From Lytechinus pictus (taxonomy: Eukaryota): 64,000 nucleotides of DNA. The position numbers and the translations under genes are program-made. The notes below the pieces were generated by a model that had not been told where the DNA came from, ran no database searches, and saw only the letters and a list, made by a program, of their open reading frames with translations. Below are positions 54,701 through 63,700 of this stretch, piece after piece; within the stretch, counting starts at the first letter, position 1; each line of letters begins with the position of its first letter. The stretch lies in contig NC_087250.1 of NCBI RefSeq assembly GCF_037042905.1, positions 22,384,001 to 22,448,000 on the forward strand. Direction: 5' to 3'.

Positions 54701-57700
54701 ACACTCATGGTTTCCCTGGAAACTGTCATATCTTATCAAACATAACCCGCTACGTAAAAGACTATTATGATTACTTTCCAATTTTGACAACTACCATGTA
54801 AATTTGTACTTTGGTTGTGTCCTGAGCCTCTTGGTATTTACCATTACACTAAAGTTCCCATAATAGTTTATATTAATTTGCAACTTCACCTCAGAGTAAA
54901 ATAAATACTCTTTTTTTTATTTACTGACATTGCTCTTTTTGGATTAAGTCTTCATGCTTTATATCACTTAAAACTATCAGTCTTAAGATTTTATTCCATA
55001 TCCATATTTGCCAAATCGGCAGACAAAATAATAATTGATGTACATTGTTGTACATGATATGATAGCATGATACGTTGGAGTAAATTATACCAAAATACGT
55101 GAATTCGTACAAAGTGACTCATGTGTATGAATAGATATTTATATTGTTTCCAACATTGCATTATTTTCATGGTCTAGATTTGAACTGTACATTCGAGCAA
55201 GACTTGTGTGGCTACTTCCAAGTTCCAAGTCCTGATGATGACTTTGACTGGACCAGGAACAGGGGATCTACCGGAACTACATCTACTGGACCATCATTTG
55301 ACCATACCACCGGAACAGGTGGGTGTTTCATGAAGCTGTTCGTAAGTTAAGAACGACTGGTGATCCTTTCTTATGCGCTAAATAATCACCAACGTATGAT
55401 GGTGAACATCATTTACCACAAGAAAGGATCACCAGTCATTCTTAAAGTCGCTCTTAACTTACAAACAACTTTATGAAACGGGCCCCTGGTATGTTGATTG
55501 ATTCTCAGTTTAAAAAGACTTTCCTGACCCCAACCCCCCCCCCCTCCCCTCTCTCCCCACTTTCCACTAATTAGGCTGAACATGTAGGCCTACACGTATT
55601 TCTTAATTTGAGTCATCCAAGATTTTCAGAATTACTTGCCTTGAAAGTACTTGTTAAAAACAGGCTGATTTGAATGGATATTTATGTATGAACTTTGCCT
55701 GATAATGATTATTATCAAAATATCACAATGAAGTGGAGTTCATGAAAAAAAGTCTAACGTACATGTACTTAATTAATACCCAAACTTAATTAACCAAACT
55801 TGATTTATCAAACATTAAATGAACAACTGCTTGATTTGACTTTGCGAGTATATTATTTCCATATTCAGTCATCCACAACCACTAATTTTGAATTGTTTTT
55901 ACCTGCAGGTTATTATATGTATACTGAAATGAATGGGAACTCTAATGGCGAGAAGGCGCGGCTGGAGTCCCATCCCCAATCACCCCAGGACGATAATGGA
56001 ATATGCCTAAGTTTCTATTACCACATGTATGGGCCGTTTGTGAACACGCTCAATGTTGTGTTAAAAGAGGGGAGTTCGGAGACGTTAATCTGGACGCGTA
56101 AGCAGACGCAAGGAAATCAATGGCTGCTTGCTCAGCGGACTATTAAAACATCTTCCAGTTGGGCTGTGAGTTTATTATTGATATATTCAGAACTTTTTAA
56201 TGCGTTCTAAACTTTGGCACTACTAGGTTAAATTCTTGTATAAACAGCTACTAACCACTATCATTTGCAGTAATTATCTCTAGGATTTCGATATGGTATA
56301 TAGTGATAAAAAAATAGGCTTGCTCCTCATCAATCATGTTGAGTTAATGAATCTTTTGTATATTACTTTTCTCCAGGAGCATGATAAATCAAATGCTCCA
56401 AACTTAATGGGGTTACATTCCATTATAATCAAGAAAGAAATTATATCATTAGAATGTTTTGTCTACACATATTAGTTTATGTATCGTTTTTTTTTTGCAT
56501 AATATAATTCAAACTGGATTTTTTTAATACTGGTTGAGCAGCAAAATGTCCCAAAATGTTTACTATCAGGCGGCTTGTGATTCTTTCATGATATGCACGT
56601 CATTTGAAATAATCATTTACTATCTTAGATTCATTTTAATGTGTTAGTCATGATTATGTCTTTATATGTTCAAACTTGTCATTTAAGGTATTTAAAACAT
56701 GATTAACATAGTTTGCACATACCTTAAAGTGATTTTGAGTAAAAGCTAAACAGTTTTGATATTGATAAAGGTACCATGCAAGTCTGAAATCGTGTTTTCA
56801 GTACGGACTAGCTTGGCTTCTGTTTGTACTTTTTAATAGATCTAAATGTATGAATTTTGATAAATGGGTTTTACCTATTTTTCAGATTGTCTTTGAAGCT
56901 TTCCGAGGAGCAAAGAATTTTGGAGATATTGCAATTGATGACGTCATTTTCTATCCCGGACCTTGTCCCTTATCAAGTAAGATCATATACAATTGATTCT
57001 GTTTGTCCTTATTCTTTACATTCCACAACATTATAGCAAGGCAACGACCTGACATTTTTTATGAACTAATAATATTTTAAAATTATATCAGCTAAATTGA
57101 AAGATACGCTTTTCTCTTAGGCTGTATTTCACAAAGGGAGGCAAACTTGCCCATTCCTTTTAACATAAGAAAAAAAAGAGTGAAAATACGAAGAAGAAGA
57201 AAAAAGAGGGTAAATGGGAAGAAAATATGAGATTCATATAATGATAACGATAATAATGATATTTTATTTCAAGATTAGTTTGCAGTATAAGCTGAATCGT
57301 ACAAATATTTAACAGATAAAATCACAAGAAAGCATTAAATACAGCAACAATTAATGAGAAATAGTATGAAAAAAATAGTATAGAGGAGGTATGATGGCTC
57401 AGTCGGTAGAGCAGGGGTTTTGGATTACTGTGACATGGATTCGATTCCCACTTGGTGCGCTAGTGCCCTTTGGTAAGGCATTTATCCTCATCGGAGAGGA
57501 CTTTAAGCCGTTGCTCCTCTGGTTGCTTGCTTACCCGCTTGCTTACAAGCATTCAGGCTTCCGTAACAATCACGTAAAAAAAATCATCACCACCACCACC
57601 TGTATATGAAAAATATAAGCATAGAATGAACAAATGTAAAATAAATAATACTTTTGGACTGCAATATGAGAGCAAATATGTATAAAATGACGTTTTAATT

Positions 57701-60700
57701 TCTTTATTACTAAGACGAGTGTGACTTTGAGTTTGGACTGTGTGCCTGGTCACAGGGAAGAGACGATGATTTTGATTGGTCAATTGGCAGTAACGGCTCT
57801 CCTGCAGCTGGAACAGGACCACCGGTAGATCACACAACAGGAACAGCCCAAGGTAGGGTATTATGTATATTCAAAATCTATGAAGGCATTAGTAAAAACT
57901 ATCCACTCATTCAGAACAATTCAAACACCTGATGCGTCGTATTAGTCAACTATTGGGTCTGTAACTCAAAAGTAATCTCAGATTGATGCCATGTCCCTCC
58001 AAAAACATGTATAATCACCCACAATCATCTATTTTACATATACCTTGCTTGTTTTTGTTGTTTATTTTAGGCTGAAATATTGTATTTGAAATGTCTATTA
58101 TATGAAAAAAAAGTGTAAAACGACATCAAGCTGGACCAAATATTTATTGGATTATCAACTTGGATCAATTTTTTTATTTGTATCCTGTGGCAAAAAGATG
58201 CCATTGCATTGTCGTTGCTGTCCAATGATTAATTCCATGGAATCCTTGACTTTGATCATATCTTGAACGTCGTTATCATGGTATTCTTACCATTAGTTGG
58301 TGAAAAAAATGCAAGGGGATCTTGGGGTGTTTTTTTCATTGTGCAGTATAGGCTAATTTAGCGGCTAGAATCATATAACATACACTCTCCTTAGTCATGT
58401 TAGTCCTCTGTCAAATTTATGCTTCAAAAAGTACCTAATATATTTCAATATGAATAAAAACTAGTAACGTGTTACTATCACAGATATTCTCAATACCCCA
58501 TACCCATTGATAATGTATGTCTGAATTATAGGTATGTTCGCGTTTGTGAGCACAGCGCCACCACGCACCCAAGGCGAGTTTGCCCGCCTGGTCAGCCCTG
58601 TGTTCCAACCCACCTCCACGCAATGTCTTACCTTCTGGAATCACCTCGAAGGCGATGATGTCGGAATGTTGAACGTATGGGCGCACGATCTCGTCAGTGA
58701 CGTATACACAAAGTTGTGGACACAAAATGGTATGGATGTTCGCAAATACTTATTTTTTTCTCTAAGGTTGAATTATTTTCCTACCAGGACAATCATTTAA
58801 TATGTTTTAGGGAAAAATGAATTTAGAGACAAGCCTACTGTAGTTGTAATTTCCTTGCAAAAAGCTTGCGATATGATGATAAATGCAATTTAATATATTT
58901 CAAGAAAATAATAGAGAAATACTTGACTCATTCTAGATGATTTTAATGTACATGTACTTTTGTACCCTATCTTTCTTGTTCACGGATCATTCTTCTCGAA
59001 AGAAATACCACAAATGATACATGACTAATCTGAAATTCAACTGTACCTTTATTAAATTGTCACACACTACTAATGTGAACTTTTTTCCAGGATTCCAGCT
59101 GCACCTTAAAATATGTTTGTTATAAATTGTGTCAACTGATTACATTATGGCTGAAATTTACTGACATCCAGAGCCTAATCCAAATATGAGTATATATCAA
59201 AACCACCTTGATATTAACATCAAATATTTTATTTGCAGCCCAGGGTTCTGTTTTAAGAAAAAACTTTTTACCAATATGCACAGTTTCAATAACAAGTTTA
59301 TACTCAGCCAATCAAATTGTACGATTTCAGAAGCTTAAAACTGACTTTGGAAATTTTTCTTCATTTTGAGTTTTATGACACAGACCCCTGATGTGTTTTT
59401 GTCATCTTTCCTCCAATTGTAGGACATGACCATGGTGAATGGCATTACGGACGTGCTACCTTATCAGCCTCGCATCCATACGAGGTTATCATAGAGGGCA
59501 TCCTAGGTTCTAACCCTGTTGGAAGTATTGCCATTGATGATGTCAAAATATCAGATGGACCATGTCCCAGAGCTGGTAAATATTTTTAATTTTTAGAAAT
59601 TAAATATGTAGTTGGATGTTGATTATGATATGTACCAATGTTGTGACATAAGGTATATCACTAATCAGAACCGCAATGCATTATGGGATTGCAAAAGGGG
59701 CCGATGCACACGCGCACTAGCGGACAGTCCGCAGTGCGCATGCGCAGAACCAGCTAACTGCCCCATTTGCGATCCCATAATGCATTGCGGTTCTGATTAG
59801 CGATATACCTTATTGATCGTGAGAGTTTTATTAGAATTCATTGTGAGTCATAGTGCCAAGTTTATGAATCATTTTTTTAACAAAATTGCACAGACAAAAA
59901 AGACCATATTATTATTGTTTTTTAAAGCGGATTGGAGGTAGGAAGATATGTTGAGATTCATATGGACACACCTGGCGATGTAGTTCACATAAATCTATTG
60001 ATGCATTTGCCAAAGAAAATGGGAAATTAAAATCAATTTTTAATGTCAGTTGGTGTTTTTGGTAAGACATCTAAAGGACTCTTAAAGTTGAAATTCCTGA
60101 TTATTCTATCATTCCAGTTCTTCGTCAAAAAAGGTGGTCACAATAAGAAAAGGATTGATTAGTCCGTAAACCTTTCAGTATAGAATACTTTACAATTATT
60201 TATTCATGTCTTTTTCTAGGTTTCTGTGATTTTGAGACTGATAAGTGTTCCTGGTCCAACGAGGCTAGTCTTGATACAAGAGATTGGCTAAGAAACAATG
60301 GAGCCACTCCCTCAAACTTCACCGGACCAAGCATTGACCATACATATGGAACCGCTTTCGGTAAGATCCCAAAAACATTTATTCTTGTTCTTTAACCCTT
60401 AACCTGCAATAGCTGTGTGCAGTGATCTGTGTAAGCTGTGCTGAATACACGCATAGAAGCATGTTCACTCCTACATACTTTGCACACCTGCAATAAACCG
60501 GACACGTGAAATATATTGCTGGCACAATAAGGGTTGAAGAAAAAATGAATGATTGATTGGCAAGTATAACTTAACCCTTTCCATGCATACTTTGCATCAT
60601 TGTACACTAGGTGCCACGTGAACTTCACATCTCACACTCAAACAAACAATCCATTGTTTCCCTTCCTGAATGTAATTCAGCACAGAACATTTCATGGCCC

Positions 60701-63700
60701 AGTGCACAAAGAGTTAATCAATCATCGTGAATGTTCCTTTTAGAAGATGTGAACAAGTGGGTTTTTTGGTGATAGGTCCTTTTCGAGCTCTACCCCACCC
60801 CTTGTGTGTGTATTGTGTAGCTCTTCTTTTCCAGCTTTCATTCATTCTTTCCCTCCTATCTCATTGTTCAGATCAAAATGAAAGACTTATCTAACAGAAA
60901 AGGCAAATTCAACATAGTTGTAATACAAATGCTTTGGTTTTTTGTGTTTCATTGTGTTCGATTTTACAATTTCAGTTTTATTTCTGTTCTTTGTTCATTT
61001 CATATTATCTACAGCAAAAAAATCATGAAAGCTAGTATAAAAAGGAGTATAAAAATTATTTTATTATTATTATTATCATTGTCATTATTATCATCATTAT
61101 CATTATAATTATTATTAAATTCATACATGCAGATACATTTCACTCTTTTGGCAGAAAGTCCTTTTAGCATGTATTTCATGTGACAAATCTTGATTTTGAA
61201 TAACACGCGCTCCACCCAAAATTTGCTTTAAATAAGGTAAATCAATTGATTTATGGAAGATTGATGTGAATATGTATGCAGACCCCAACTGTAACACATT
61301 TATAATGCTCTATATGTTACTCAACTTTGTTGTTAGGTATGTACATGTACTTTGAGGTGTCTGATCTTGGATCTGGGTCGAGCGATGGAGACTTCGCCTG
61401 GTTAGTCAGTGAACATTTCCCATCAACATCAGGCGCATGCGTGTACTTCTGGTATCATATGTACGGGACAGGTATGTATGTGGGTAAAATTCCGCTTGGT
61501 CTACCCCCATTTTGTCTAATTTCCATTCGGTCTCATCCCTCATGCTCGAATCCTATTTAGGTGACATGACGTTTGCTCCTGATGCATTTGCTCCGGTCTT
61601 GATATCTCAGAGGGCATTAGGTTAGAGTTAGGATTCTAACAGAGTTTGGATTCAGAATAATGTAAAGATAAGAGTGAGGGTTTATTTAGTTATGGAGGTT
61701 AGGTTTTATATTTGGCTTAATGTGAAGAATTTCAATCAGAGCAATTGTCGCTGGAAAAACGGTCATTAGTCTCCTTACCATTTGTTCTAATTGCCACTTG
61801 GTCCACAACCGGTATATTTAACTTAATAATAATAATAATTGGCATTCATATAGCGCTTTATCAATTTATGACTGCTCAAAGCGCTTCACAATTATTATTA
61901 CCTGGTCAGTGGATTCATAGCATGTCAAGGCGCACACTTGCTAAACCAACCACAATGACGTTTGTTTCCTACCGGTACCCAATTAGCACCTGGGTGAGAG
62001 TGGCAAAGTGTGGATTGACGCCTTGCCAAAGGACGCTAGGCCATGGTGGGATTCAAACACACAATCCTCTGATTGCAAGGCGAGAGTCAGAACCCCTACA
62101 CCACGGCACTTCCACATTTCCATTTAGTTTTCTCCCACGTGGTCTCGCCCTATTAGTCTATCTACTTTTTGGTCTAATTATCACTTGGTTTACATCCACT
62201 ATAATTTCGGGTCTTCCGTTTTCAAAGTGTTGACGCTCTCTAGTTTGTCGTTCTGTATTTTATACTGCCGGGAATAGGCGATCTAAATTTCTGTATATGA
62301 TAGGCTTTTATGATGCTGTACTTTCGTCTTATGAGAAGATATCAATTATATTAACCCTTTTGATATCTACAAACATAGAGGCCAGCTATAGTGTATTTAC
62401 CATCAGTGCCGTTGACACCCTCTGCGTTCTTTTTCTTGCAATTTATACCGACAGGTATAATAATTGACCTAAATGTCTGATAGACTCATATGGTACCTTA
62501 ATGAGGTGAAGATATCAATGAAATTAATCATATCTGCTAACTTACAGGCCGTCTATACTATGTTTACAATCAGTTCTGTTGACGCCCCCTATGTTCATTT
62601 CTTGACATTTTATACTGACAGTTATAGGTGACCTACATGTAAATGTGTATGTGATAGACTCATATGTTACTTTCACCTTATTAAGAGAAGATATCAGTGA
62701 AATTAGCCTCTTGATATCTGCAAACTTAGAGGCTGTCACAATATTTGAAAAATGTTAATGCCCTCTACCCTATTATTTTTTACATTTTATACTGACAGGT
62801 ATAGGTGACCTAAACGTCTATGTGATAGATTCATCTGGTACATTTACCCTTGTATGGCAGATGACAGGAGATCAAGGGGATGTGTGGCTGAAGGGAGAGG
62901 CTCAAGTCCCAAGTACAGATGAATACCAGGTGATTTACTCTAATTGCCAAGTTCACTTTCAACTTTATTATACAAGCCAGTCAAACAATCTAACGTATAC
63001 ATTTAAATAGCAAAAACTAGTAATAATGATTGTACTTGCTTATATAGCTCTTAACACTTTATCAGAAGTGTCTTATTATGCTTCAGTAATGCAGCATAAT
63101 TGCCCTGACTTTAGCAGAGCAGCTGTTAAGCGCACTGTGCTTCAAGGAATGAATTTCTATTAGGTACCCATTCACTTTACCTGGGTTGAGTGCAGCACAA
63201 TGTGAATAAATTTCTTGCTGAAGGAAACTACGCCATGGTTGGAAAATTCAAACAAACAACCTTCTGTTTCATAGTCCAGAGACATATCCACTGGGCCACA
63301 ACGCTCCACATATACTTGTAGAGTATTGAATTACAGAGAAACATAAAGATCTCATCGTTGAAAGAATGCATAAAGTAAAAAGCTGCAAACACATAAAATC
63401 TCTCTTACACAAACATTTTATACTTTTCAAACTGTTATAAACAGGTGTGAATTCAAGTTCTTGGTTGCTCCTCATGTGATAACTGAATACGAGATTTGAG
63501 TAACTTAAAACATACATATAAACAAATTACACGACATGAAAATTATAATGATAATACAAAACATTTATAGGGCGCTTGCTATGGGCATCTTTAAGCATGC
63601 TGTTATTTGTGTATGATTAATATTTGGGGGCAAAAGAAATGGGCATGCTAAAACAAATATCATTAAGTAATGAATTATGAAATAAATAATAATAATATTA

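Noticed and set aside
55342..55347. Strong GTAAGT donor inside the MITE as the exon 55 donor
   Set aside because: It would give phase 0, which is incompatible with the phase-1 start of exon 56.
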